A stretch of DNA of 64,000 bases, from assembly GCA_051294375.1 (NCBI GenBank), contig CM119265.1, positions 20,368,966-20,432,965 of the forward strand, given 5' to 3'. Origin of the DNA: Paraspadella gotoi. Taxonomy: Eukaryota; Animalia; Chaetognatha. The notes beneath the pieces were generated by a model. That model saw only the letters and a list, made by a program, of their open reading frames with translations. It did not search any database and was not told the origin of the DNA. The translations under genes and the position numbers were made by a program. Shown in pieces: positions 26,196 through 37,201 of this stretch; within the stretch, counting starts at the first letter, position 1; each line of letters opens with the position of its first letter.

Positions 26196-27276
26196 GAGGC
26201 CGAGTCGATTCGGACCGGGGCATACGACGGGATGCTTAATCGAAGGGCTCCGCTACAATATTGAATGATAATAAGAAATAAACAAAGTATTAAAGTTGGA
26301 ACACAATTCCTGATGACTTAGAAAAGCGATGCAAACCAAAGGTATCTAGCTATTATCGGAAATGGGCTCTGAAAAGGCGCTGCGAACATTTTCTTTCTTT
26401 TTCCCCTTCTCCTCTTCTTCTCCTTCTTCTCCCTTCTTCTCCCCTTCCTTTCTTCCTTTATTAAAACGAACTGTGGTATAGACTGTTCTCTTCTCGTCTT
26501 CCCCTCGTGTCGTATTGACGCCAAAAGCAGCCCGCCCCACACCACCCATTTCTTCGCCCCTCGCTGTCAAAGACGAGCGTCCAACTGAGACACGAAATCG
26601 GGGGAGGAGGAAGAGCAGGAGGAGGAGGAGGAAGGAGGAGGAGGAAATAAGAAAATCATCAGATTTGTCATTCATGCGGGGGGAAAAAGGGGGGGGAAGG
26701 AAGGGAGGAGTTGATCGAGAAAGAAGGAAGAGGGAAAAGTATTAAAAGGTGATGGAGAGATGACAGTTATGACGGACAAAGAGAAAGGAAATGAAAAGTA
26801 AAGAAGGAAAATAGAAGAAATCGAATTTTAAAGTAAGAAATGAAGAGAGAGAGAGAGAGAGGAAGAGAGAGAGAAAGAGAGGAGAGATGAGAGACGAGAG
26901 AGAGAGAGAGACAGAGACAGGGGTGATTACAGAGAGAGATTGTACTTTGAATAATTACGAAGAGAAACCAAAAATATTCTAAAATGAAAAAAAAATCTAT
27001 GCTGATCCCACCAAAATAGAGGATAGAAAAATATAAAAAAAAAGGGAGAGACAAGGATAAAAAGGAGTTCGCTAGTCGCCGGTTTATCGCCGTCCGAGGC
27101 CGCCACTTCCTACAAAGAATGGAATACGGGTGAATGGTACGAGTGAAAGAGTAGTTTAGAAAGAGTTGGGAGTTTAGAGAGAAGGCGAGAAAAATGTTTA
27201 CTGAATGGGGAGCGAAACCAGAGGTGGAGAGGAAAGAAGTAAGGGGAAGGTAGGAAGAAAGAAAGAAAGAAGAAAG

Positions 27277-27314
<38 letters not shown>

Positions 27315-28259
27315 AAGAAAAAAGAAAGAAGAAAAAAAGAAAAAAGAGAAAGGAAAGAGAAGAAAAAGAAAGAAAGAAAAAGCGACCGAGCGAGCAAAAA
27401 AAAAAGGGGACGAGAGAGAAGAGCAAAGCGATTCGGAATATGACCATGATAATCGGAATGCGCCGTATGAAAGAGTGGAAATCGTTGAATGGAGGGGAGG
27501 AGTTTTAGGGGGCGTGGAGGTGGGGGCGGGCGATCGGTTGTAATGTGAAGGGTGGCAAAACGAAGGCGGAATGTGTGTGGGGGAATAAGAGTGAAAGGAC
27601 TTTTAATGGGCGTTGGAAGCGGAGGGAGAAAAGGAAAGGAAGGAAAGAAAGAGATGTTAGGGAGTTAGGGATGAAGGATTTAAAAGTCCGATACTGGATA
27701 AGAAAAAAAAATGGCAGGACGTATAAGAGAAATTTGGAGACGGAATTAGTGGAGAAAAGAAATAAAAGAGCGAAGGAGAAAGGAAAGAGGGAGAAAGAAG
27801 CGTGAGATAAAAACAACAATCTTTTTGGGAAAAAAACGTTAAAAAAAAAGGAACTTTTGTCACGGAGGTCCGCTGGGAGAGACGACTGACGAAAAAGTCT
27901 TTTATGACTGTGAAGTTGGTGATAATAAATTTAAAAAAAATTATTAAGAACCAGTTAAAAACGAGCAATGCAATAAAAATATAAATCATTAAAAAATGAC
28001 AAATAAACAAAACCTTAACGCAAAATAGCGAAAAAACTAAAGAAAAAGCAGAATAGTAAATTAAAATTTACTTATTTTAATCTAAATTATGCATGAAACG
28101 AATAAAACAATATTTAGAACCAAACTGTAAATTCTATACAATTTATTAAATATTCCAAATCGTATTCATTGTAATGCCAAATTTGTATCCTTTATATTAG
28201 GTTAAAAATTTGTAGATATAAACGATGATGAAAGCGACGTTAAGTTTATTAATCAATAA

Positions 28260-30061
28260 TCACGTAGGTAAAAAATAGTGAGAATTTAATTTCGTTGATG
28301 TCTGGTGTGGTAGAGGCGAGACGGAAGTGGGGGGGAAAGGGGGGTAAGACGGCTCGACTCGAAGAAGACGTTTGATGTTTGATTTATGGCGACAAGTTGG
28401 GCGAGAGCGGACGAGAGTGAGAGAGAGATAGAGAGAGATAGAGAGGGAGATAGAGGAAGGGAGAGAGTTAAGGTCGATCGGGGCCGTGGGGAAGAGGAAG
28501 CATGGTTGAGACTTGAGAGGGAGCATGGCATGGTCGAGAGGCCCTCCGCCCGGCGCATGGATGAGATAATCATCGTATGCATGGGGAGTTAAAAGGGGAG
28601 AAGCGCATTTGCATAAACTTCCCATGACGCCCGCGAAGAAACGAAGAATTTTTCGCCGCTTTTCTCTCTTGCTTTCTTGCTTGCTGCAGCTTTTCTTGCT
28701 TCTTCTTTCTTTCTTTCTTTTCTTTCTTTCTTTTCTTTCTTTCTTTCTTCTTCTTTCTTTCTTTCTTTCTTTCTTCCCTCTCTCTTTTTCTCTATCAATA
28801 TCTCGTCTTTCTGTCTTCTTTCTGTCTTCTATTTTTTCTATCTCTTTTTCTTTTCCTCATTTTCTTAGTCTTTTTCTTTCCATTTTTTTGGGTCGATTTT
28901 CATCTTCTTTTTATCTTCTTTTCAATTTCTCCTTCTCCGCCATTTTCGATTTTTTTTTCTCTTTAAATTCCTCCTCTCCTTCTCCCATCTCCTTCTCCCA
29001 TCTCCTTCTCCGCCTCCTTCGGCCTCGTCTTCGCTTTCGTATTCACTTTCTTTCCTTTTCTCGAATTCATTTACTTCATTTATTCCTTTTTTGTTCCTTT
29101 TCATATTTTATTCAGTTTTCTTTTGAAAATGTTTCCTTTCAACTCGGTTTTTTTTTTCTCGCGAGGCAGTTATGATTATGGGTCCCGTAAATGCTTCGTC
29201 GTCGTCGTTTCGTCCTCGTCATAAGTAATGTTCGACAGTTAAGTATCGTTAATATAATTTATAGTATTACAAGTCGTTATCTGTCGAGGTAATTTGGAAA
29301 TTTGGCGGCAATTACACGTCTTTACGACTTGTCGCTCCTTTCGCTTTTGAGCGTCATTTCGTAGCTGAGAGCTTGGTTCCTTCTTTGCTAGCAATGCTTG
29401 TACCGAGACACGTGTTAGAATCCAGAAAGAGTTAGGGATGATCCTTTCATTCCGTTAGTCATGAGCTGAGGAAATAATTTATGATTAAATATATTCATTC
29501 ATATTCAGCGTTCAACTGATGTTTTTTTTTAATTTTGGAACGTAATTATTTTATTCATTTTTTATAAATTTATAAAAAAAAGTAAAACTTTCCTTTTTAA
29601 GAAAGGAGAGTATGTTTTTGTCGTCATCGTCGTTGTCATTTTCGTCGTCATCGTCGTTGTCATTTTCGTCATCGTCATCGTCATCTTCTTCGTCATCTTG
29701 ACTGACTTCTCCGTCACGACATTCGCAATCATCGGCGCCGTCGTAAATTACTTAATTTCGTTATAACTCGATTCGATATATGTCCCGTTTTTCAAATACA
29801 TTCTCGGCAGTTCCGAACGTCGTCGTCGTCGTCGTCATCGTCGTCGTCGTCATCGTCGTCGTCGGTATCGTCGCGCGCGGGACGTTAAAAGCCTCCGGGA
29901 ATCAAGGATTGAGGCGATGGCGCCGTTAGCTCTTCTCATTTCCTTCTATTACCATAAAAAACTCTCCAACTAAAAATGTTTTTTTTTTGCGTCGGAGACG
30001 CGAATCAATACTTTGTAATATTTACTTGTAAAATAGAATATGTGGGATTACTGAGCAAGGA

Positions 30062-30142
<81 letters not shown>

Positions 30143-30430
30143 CCCTTTAAAGTTTGCGCAAAAATTTTCCTCCTTTGACCCACTAATCCATCGGGCTTTG
30201 AAAATTGCCGCGACCTTGACTCCAATTTTTGCAAATCGTTCGCGAATGAGTCTCATCTTCGGCGCCAAATTCAACGCCGAAATTGGCGCCAAAAATCGGC
30301 GCTCTTCGCGCCAAACGAGGGCGCCTTAACTTCAGCTCCTCAATGGACCGATCTTTTTTACTTCGAGTTCTTTTGTTCGAACTCTTTTGAAAAAAATCTC
30401 CGTCGAACCAGGAGCCCATTCCTTAACAGT
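28260..30430 (-). CDS. Candidate spliced gene for a low-complexity acidic/basic protein, convergent with calaxin; frames are broken by sequence errors
   Basis: Protein-like minus-strand segments: YDGADDCECRDGEVSQDDEEDDDDDDENDNDDDD...KNILSFLKKE (~29589-29745, mixed GAT/GAC codons), NEFEKRKESEYESEDEAEGGGEG (~29000) and ORFs 28260-28625 and 30183-30419. An AT-rich GT..CAG intron-like gap lies at 29466-29588. No family recognised. Confidence 0.3.
30065..30138. repeat. (CT)n microsatellite, representative of dozens of CT/GA tracts in the window
   Basis: Direct reading. Other simple repeats: (TTTA)n ~31931-31996, (TATG)n ~33938-33970, (ATCT)n ~60124-60300, (GAC/GTC)n at ~14152, 29818, 57795, 59476 and 59761. 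Confidence 0.9.
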
Positions 30431-30824
30431 CTGCAGTTTAGGTCCAGCTCGTTTTTTGCTTATTTCATCTTTTTTTTTTTTTGGGAGATAGTCAATACAC
30501 TATTTCTATTTCTCTCACTCTCTCTCTCAATCTCTCTCTTTCTCGCTTTTTCTTTTTCTCTTTCTCCCATTTTCTTTCTTTTTATCGTTTTTCTCTTTTC
30601 TCTTTTCTTTTCTTCTCTCATGGTCAGCAAGCGGTCGTTATGCCTTTGCTGTCATAAAATCACGCTCTTTTCTTCAGCGTGATGACTCTGTCTCTGTCTC
30701 TCGGACTTCCAGCCGCTCGCGATCTTCCTCCCTTTCCTCCCTCTCCTCTTCCTCCCCTTGCCCTCCCTCTCGCCGACATTCGTTCCGACCTTCGCCATAT
30801 GTATACTAATTAGCGAGGAAAGAG

Positions 30825-30871
<47 letters not shown>

Positions 30872-31300
30872 TCTCTCTCTCTTCTCTCTCTCTCCTCTTC
30901 TCTCTCTCTCTCATTGATTCCTTCGTCTCTCCGGCCTCACCTCCCCCCTCGTAGCGGTCCTCTTCTTCCCTCCCGCTGTTCTCTTCTCGTCCTCCTCCTC
31001 CCCCTCCTCCTCCACCTCACGTGAGGCGGCCGCGCTTCTGCCGCTTCTCACCGTTAACGTTTTCACTTCTTTTTCCTCCCACATTTCACGTATTAGGATT
31101 CGTTCACCTTTTTCCGCACCGTCGCAAAAAAAAAGGACATCACCAGTTTTTTTCCACAAAAGTAAAAAAAAAAATAAATGAATTAAGTAAAAAAACGTCT
31201 TTGTATCGAATTTTAAAAAAGAATATTTAAAAAAAATATATATCTGTAAAATTTACCGAAGAAAAAAAAAACTACTTTCATTACAATACATATATATTTG

Positions 31301-31403
31301 CACCGTCGGTATAGTCATAAACTGCACCGGCAGTATAGTTACAAAAGCTTCACCGGCAGCATAGTCGAAAACTACACCGGCAGTATAGTCCTGCACCGGC
31401 AGT
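31301..31403. repeat. Five copies of a ~15-bp motif CACCGGCAGTATAGT separated by variable 4-11 bp spacers
   Basis: Read directly from the sequence; also present in the noisy duplicate at ~5955-6080. Confidence 0.75.
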
Positions 31404-31715
31404 AAGGGAGAAGGAAGCAAGAACGAACCTTGGGATAGGAATTTCAGACTCGTCGAAAAAAAAAAATCGACGAAAAATAAAAATAAAACAAAACAAAACA
31501 AAAAACTAAACCAAAACGAAGAACAAACTTAAGAAGAAGTTTCTCCCAAACATTCACCAAATTAAATTGTCACTCAATACATAATCACCGACGCAGACAT
31601 CAATAAGACATCACTCTTACATTTCTATCCTCTTCATTTAAATCACAATTTAAAATCCTGGACACGCCCCGGACGTAAATTTTGTTTTATGTTTGCATAT
31701 ATAATTATATATATA

Positions 31716-31825
31716 TCCAACGGTCACCAATCAGCATTCAGCATCGGTCACCCAACCTCTTCTGCGCCGTTAACTTCACTGATTCAGCGATAACCAAAAT
31801 ATTTATCACGGTTAGTCTTTTTGGA
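31716..31825 (-). pseudogene. Degenerate 5S rRNA-derived sequence
   Basis: Minus-strand GGTTATCGCTGAATCAGTGAAGTTAA resembles 5S GGTTCTCGTCCGATCACCGAAGTTAAG (box A), and GGTTGGGTGACCG resembles GGATGGGTGACCG (box C). Its ends TCCAA/TTGGA can pair like helix I. It has an internal deletion and is followed by (TA)n. Confidence 0.5.
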
Positions 31826-31931
31826 TAGAGGTGACAAATAATGTGATAATTTATACAAGATTTAACTGGGAACAAATCTCTCGTTCTCTCCTCTTTTTTT
31901 TCTTTCTTTCTTTCTATATTTCTTTCTATCT

Positions 31932-31994
<63 letters not shown>

Positions 31995-32395
31995 TTTTTT
32001 ATTCCTTCTTTTTAATTTTTCTATCCTTCGTTCTTCTTTTGTTTGTCATAATTTCCCAATTTCTTTCCCCCTCTTTCTGACTCTCTTTCTCTCTCTATCT
32101 CTATCGATTTTCCCCGCGACGACAGCGCCACTCGAGTCTCAGCGCCGGAAGAAGTAAAACGAGAGGAGCAAGAGAAAAAAAATTTCGGCAAAACATAAAA
32201 CATTGGAATTTCGCTTCACAAAATATAAACATTGGCGAAATTCCATCCCGAGTGCCACGTACGGTATTCTATACTTTAAAAAAAGGAAATTCTTTCTTGC
32301 TTCTAGTACAACGGGTCATAAAAAACATTACTGAGTTCTTGACAATGGGCTGAAAAGCAATTTAAAATAAAAGACGGAAAAAACCTGCGAGAGGA

Positions 32396-32756
32396 AAAAC
32401 AAGAACTGTGTTTCCAATGTGTTGCGCCCCAGTGACTTTATTTTCATGTGTATGACATGACATAACATAACATAACTAAAAAACTTTCTTAGCCCTAGTA
32501 TTTATGACATGTACTTCATCGAAATTCCCTCTTTTATTGCTTTTAGTTTTAGGATTTCCTGAAGGCGGCGCTAGCAGTCTCTTAGATTTGAGGTTTTTTC
32601 CTGTCTTAACAAATGAGCAACCAACTACAGGCAAATTATATGCATTTTTAACCGACGGACAGACATACCAATCGACAGACAGACAGACCGACCGACAGAC
32701 TGACCGAAAAGTGACTAATAGAGTTGCTCCGCGAGTACTCGCGGCGCAACTAAAAA
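32396..32756 (-). mobile_element. DINE-1/HINE-like (Helentron-associated) non-autonomous element
   Basis: The minus strand starts TTTTT plus a 30-bp palindrome (32722-32751, AGTTGCTCCGCGAGTACTCGCGGCGCAACT), followed by a (GTCY)n microsatellite. An inverted subterminal copy GTTGCGCC lies at 32421-32428 and the element ends CTTGTTTTT. Confidence 0.6.
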
Positions 32757-33381
32757 GATATAGAGAAAAAAGAAACTATTTCCGTAGAGAGAAAATAGAA
32801 GAGAAAAGTCGAGTTTGAAAGGAGAAACAAAAAAGGAGTTTGAGATTTTGTTTTGGGGAAAAAAAAATTGTTCTTGAAGACGAGAAGAAAGACTCGACGG
32901 TTCAAAACCACGAACACACGGATTCCTTCCTTTCGCTTTTTCCTTGTCTCGTGTTTTTTTTTTGTGTTGTTTTTCTCGTTCGTTAGTTCGTTCGTTCGTT
33001 CGTTCGTTCGTTCGTTTGTTGACTCATTAATTCATATTTTCATTTATTGATTCATAGATTCTTACATTTATTGATTGATTCATTGATTGAGCGATTCTTT
33101 TACTCATTAATTAATTAATCAATTAATTAGTTAATTCATTCATTTATTCTTCCTTCATTCATTCATTCAATCATTCATTCATTCATTTATTCTTGCGACC
33201 GTTAGTTCCATTGCATTAGTTTACGAGTTTTTTCTAACCCACTTTCCCTTTTGTTTCAACATTCGGACGTAACTGCTTTCTGCCTCCTAACTTTTCCAAC
33301 TCGTTCGCCGGAATACTTATCTTTAATGACCATAACGATGAAACCGACGACGACGACGAGGACGACGATGCCATCCATGGC

Positions 33382-33721
33382 TTAAGCTTTCATGAAGCTA
33401 ATTACGGCCGACGCTGCCGGGCTGCGCGGGAGCACCGGCCGCCGCCGGAAGCCGCTGCCGGGCGCCGTCGTCGGCGTGAACTCTGACGCATAATAAAAAA
33501 ACTGACCTCGAGTCACGTGACGAAACGTGGGCAACAAAGACTGTTGCCATGGAGATCCTGTTGACCCCGAGGTCAAATGTGATTCGCCCTACAGACAAGT
33601 CGCCGATATTCAACCTCATCGATGGGCAAGAAGGACTACTGAGCGCAGAGATGGAGAGAGATGAAGAGACGCAGAGAGAGGTCAAGAGAGACGATTGAGT
33701 CAGAGATGAGCAGACGACGAG

Positions 33722-33753
<32 letters not shown>

Positions 33754-33936
33754 TTCCCATTGCGACCGTGTGGAATGTACATTTTGATGATGAGAGAAAT
33801 GATCTTCTCCGAGTTTAGAGAAGAAAGATGAGGAGAGTAAAAGTGTTCGAAAAAAAAAGGACAATAAAAAAAGATTAAAATAAACGTGACAATGTCAAAT
33901 TACTTGAGACCTCAGAAACACGAGAATATGTAAATA

Positions 33937-33975
<39 letters not shown>

Positions 33976-34377
33976 ATATGTAAATAATTTATTTTACAAA
34001 AGACGTATTTTTTAAAACTTTACAATATTGTCCTCACGTCCAGGATTTACGATCTTATATAAACAACATGCCTGTCAAAAGTTAGGGTCAAGATAGCTTG
34101 TTTATTTAACGAATTGAACATTGGTTGTACCAAATTTGTATAAACTTTTTTTCCGTTTTTCTTTCTTCTCACAGATTCCTCCTCCGGATTCACCCAATTT
34201 TCACACTCACCGCCACTTACCCTTTTCTCGTCCTCTTCCTCTTCCTCCTCCTCCTCCTCCTCTCCTCTGCCGCCGCCACTCCACTTCCGGTTCCACTTCC
34301 GGTTCCACTTCCGGTTCCGCTTCGAAATTTGTGGCCGTCATAGTGTCGACTCGGATTCTCTGAGTCTCCGACGATTT
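33382..34377 (-). CDS. Two phase-compatible candidate 3' exons (34221-34377 and 33382-33482) of an unknown gene
   Basis: KSSETQRIRVDTMTATNFEAEPEVEPEVEPEVEW...REK G|GTAAGT ... CAG|AG FTPTTAPGSGFRRRPVLPRSPAASAVISFMKA*. A competing + strand exon (34175-34380) is also open and has good splice sites. Confidence 0.25.
33543..33556. promoter_or_regulatory. X-box (RFX)-like site GTTGCCATGGAGAT
   Basis: Close to the RFX palindrome GTTGCCATGGCAAC; motif match only. Confidence 0.35.
34071..34138 (+). repeat. Interspersed repeat fragment shared with 56994-57067
   Basis: ctgtcaaaagttagggtcaagatagcttgtttat...attggttgtaccaaattt vs ctgtcacaaagtcaggggcaagatagcttatttat...attggttgtaccaattt, with unrelated flanks. 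Confidence 0.65.
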
Positions 34378-34819
34378 CTGGTGAGTCTTAATTGTGTTAT
34401 ATATTATTTATATATACTTTAAAAAGTTTATATTGTTATTTTTTCAGTCTTTCTCAATTTTTTTCCCCTCTCGTGCTTCTTTTCCATTTTTGTCAGTAGT
34501 TGATATTAAGTGACCTTGAACACTTTTTATATTCTAATGAATAGTTCGTATATGGGTTTACCTTTCCCACACTAGCTAATACCTCGAGTTATAGTACTAT
34601 TCGTAGCTAGTTTTTAAAATCGGCCTTCGGTGTGGTAGTTTGTAAAAAATAAAAAAAAAAGGAAAATTAAACGGAGACTCCGAAAACTTCGGACGTTTTA
34701 ATTGAAAGGAAAAACAAAATGGCGGCGGCGACAGAGAATCGAACCGGATCCGAATTCAATGTCGAAATTCCAAGGGTAAAAGAAACATTTTGTCTTTAAA
34801 GGAGGAGATAAAAGAATGG

Positions 34820-34859
<40 letters not shown>

Positions 34860-35406
34860 GAGAGAGAGACGAGAGAGAGAGAGCAGAGAGAGAGGAGAGA
34901 GAGAGAGAGAGACGCGAGAAGGGGGAAATGAGAGAGGTTTGAAATCGTATTACAGTCAATTCGAGTGGTAGATGGAGGCGTAAAAGCGATACGCGTAATC
35001 TCTCTCCCCATTTTCCTCCCTGTCTCGTCTGTCTGTCTGCCGTCTCTGTCTCAGATCTCTCTCTCTGCTCTCTGCGTCTCTGCGCTCGTCCTATCTCTCT
35101 CGTCTCTCTCTCTCTCTCGCCGCTTTTATTTCGGAAGTTGAGAAGAAGAGATGGAAAAGAAGGGAAGCCTTTTTCGTACATCCTAATGAGGGCGAATAGA
35201 CTACTTTCTGCCGTCCATCCCTCTCTTTTCTCTTCTCTCTCTGCTCTCGTCTTCTCTCCCTCTCTCTCCTCTCGTCTCTCTCTCTCATCACTCTCTCTCT
35301 CTCTCTCTTCTCTCTCGTCTCTCTCTCTCTTTCTCTCATTCCGTCTCTCTTTCTCTCAACGAAAAAAATCCCCAGGCAATCCGGGAGGCGGCCGTTATTT
35401 GCTTCG

Positions 35407-35461
35407 GCGTCCTTGACAACCGTTAGCGCTTAGCAACCATCCTCGCCCTCGCCTTAGCAAC
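35407..35461. promoter_or_regulatory. Cluster of three RFX half-site-like motifs (CCTTGACAAC, GCTTAGCAAC, CCTTAGCAAC)
   Basis: Three related motifs within 55 bp of non-repetitive GC-rich sequence; motif match only. Confidence 0.3.
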
Positions 35462-36178
35462 TATTTCCGCTTGTATAGAGGAGAGAAAAACTCAGAGCTT
35501 GGTCGTTAGGGGTGAGCGACCTTTCCAGCGTTTGTGTCCATAAGGACTTCGGACATTCTTATGACGACGGACGATTATCGCACGTGATGAGTCACGCACG
35601 TGTCGATCTTCCGCGTGGGATAAGTATTTTCAAAAGGCTTTCAAAATAAACTGGGCCGAAGATGACGATCCCGTTCCTTTTTTTAATCCCCTTGGATATC
35701 GATAGAACCAAGCCTGTGTGGTCTCTTATTCATCAAGGCTGTTGACGGGTTGTTGGGCTGTTGTGCTGACGGGTGTTGGGGCTGTGGTGCTGTTGTGATA
35801 GCTCTTCCCAAGATTTACTATGCAACTAAGATATGCGGTTAGGAATGAATACATACGTTTCTAAGTTGAAGGCTTTTATTCAATGGGACACTGGGTAATG
35901 AGCGAACCGGTGAAGCATAATTGCGGGACAATGTCGTTTAATAACCCACCACCTGAGCATAAGAATATGCCACCTATTGTTTTTCTCTCTCTTTTTTTCT
36001 TTTAAGTTCTAAAGATTAAAAGAATGTTAAAGTATTCTATTCAGCATTCACTATGGAATATGGATCATCCATTTGTCGGTATCCGACAGACAAGACCGAG
36101 GGTACGTCGACTCCTCCGAGCTTCGCCTCCGCATTCCCGTCGACCTCTCGCGCGATAAACGCCCGTCGGATCGAGCAT

Positions 36179-36673
36179 TTAGTTCTCGCCTCCGGGTCCT
36201 GCTCCGCCTCCGCCTCCGACTCCCGTTTCGCGAGATTCGCTTAATGAGACGCGAGATTTGAGTGGAAATGGGTTTTTTTTTCTCTTCTCTCCGCGTTTGA
36301 GGATTGGGCGATGGGCATCCGGACGATGGGCGATGGACGGAAGAGTGGCTGGAGGCGCGGAGAAAGCTGTGCGGACGACTTGAAGGTGTTGGGAGCGTCG
36401 ATGGTGATTGATCGTCGTGGGCGATGTTGAAGGACAAGAGTGGCGGGATGATCGTCTTAAGGTTCTGGGATGTAGCGACGGTCGAGACTCGTTTGTTGTA
36501 CGTAGATTCGGTGTCAAAGATGGCGGCGTGGAGGCGTCGGCGGAGACGTCAGCGGAGGCGTTTTTAGCGGTGGCCGTGGATACGACGGGCTTTTTCTTTT
36601 CGCGCTCTATTTCCATATGACTTTCCCTTTTTTTCATTTTCATCCGTCTTTTACCATATCCTTCTTTCCTCAC
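36179..36673 (-). CDS. Candidate exon/ORF encoding a disordered S/P/R-rich segment
   Basis: 164-codon ORF, mostly in GC-rich non-microsatellite sequence (MEIEREKKKPVVSTATAK...ILKRGEKRKKNPFPLKSRVSLSESRE). No homology recognised. Confidence 0.3.
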   Translation of the reverse strand: MRKEGYGKRRMKMKKRESHMEIEREKKKPVVSTATAKNASADVSADASTPPSLTPNLRTTNESRPSLHPRTLRRSSRHSCPSTSPTTINHHRRSQHLQVVRTAFSAPPATLPSIAHRPDAHRPILKRGEKRKKNPFPLKSRVSLSESRETGVGGGGGAGPGGEN

Positions 36674-37187
36674 AACATTCTTTTTAAATCATCATCCTCC
36701 TCTTTTTCCTCCTCCTCTTCCTCCTCCTCCTTCCTCATCTTCCTCATCTTCCCTTTTCTTTTCCCCTTTTTTTTTACTTTTTGAATCTTTAATATCTTCT
36801 CGTTGACAATTTTATCTTCACCATCTTCCTCCTCTTTTGTTTTTTATATCTTCACACTCTNNNNNNNNNNNNNNNNNNNNNNNNNNNNNNNNNNNNNNNN
36901 NNNNNNNNNNNNNNNNNNNNNNNNNNNNNNNNNNNNNNNNNNNNNNNNNNNNNNNNNNNNNNNNNNNNNNNNNNNNNNNNNNNNNNNNNNNNNNNNNNNN
37001 NNNNNNNNNNNNNNNNNNNNNNNNNNNNNNNNNNNNNNNNNNNNNNTCTCCCGCGCATTCTTTGTCTCACGCGCTTCCTTTCATCGCGTCGTCGTCGTCG
37101 TCGTGGTCGTCGTTATCGTCGTCGTCGTCGCCCTCAATGTTGCCCAGTGGATTCGGGTCCCAATTTGCAACAGATTGCCTACGCATG

Positions 37188-37201
37188 GTTGCTATGGAGC
37201 C
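37188..37201. promoter_or_regulatory. X-box-like site GTTGCTATGGAGCC
   Basis: Motif match only. Confidence 0.25.

Larger units (their letters stand above)
17995..28205 (+). repeat. Tandem duplication of ~5.1 kb (17995-23043 vs 23069-28205) joined at a 25-N gap
   Basis: Sequence after the gap (atgagaagctat...) restarts at 17995. The first copy ends at cctttatattaggt, which recurs at about 28190-28203. Confidence 0.9.

Noticed and set aside
31301-31403. CRISPR array
   Set aside because: 15-bp repeats, 4-11 bp related spacers, eukaryotic context and no cas genes.
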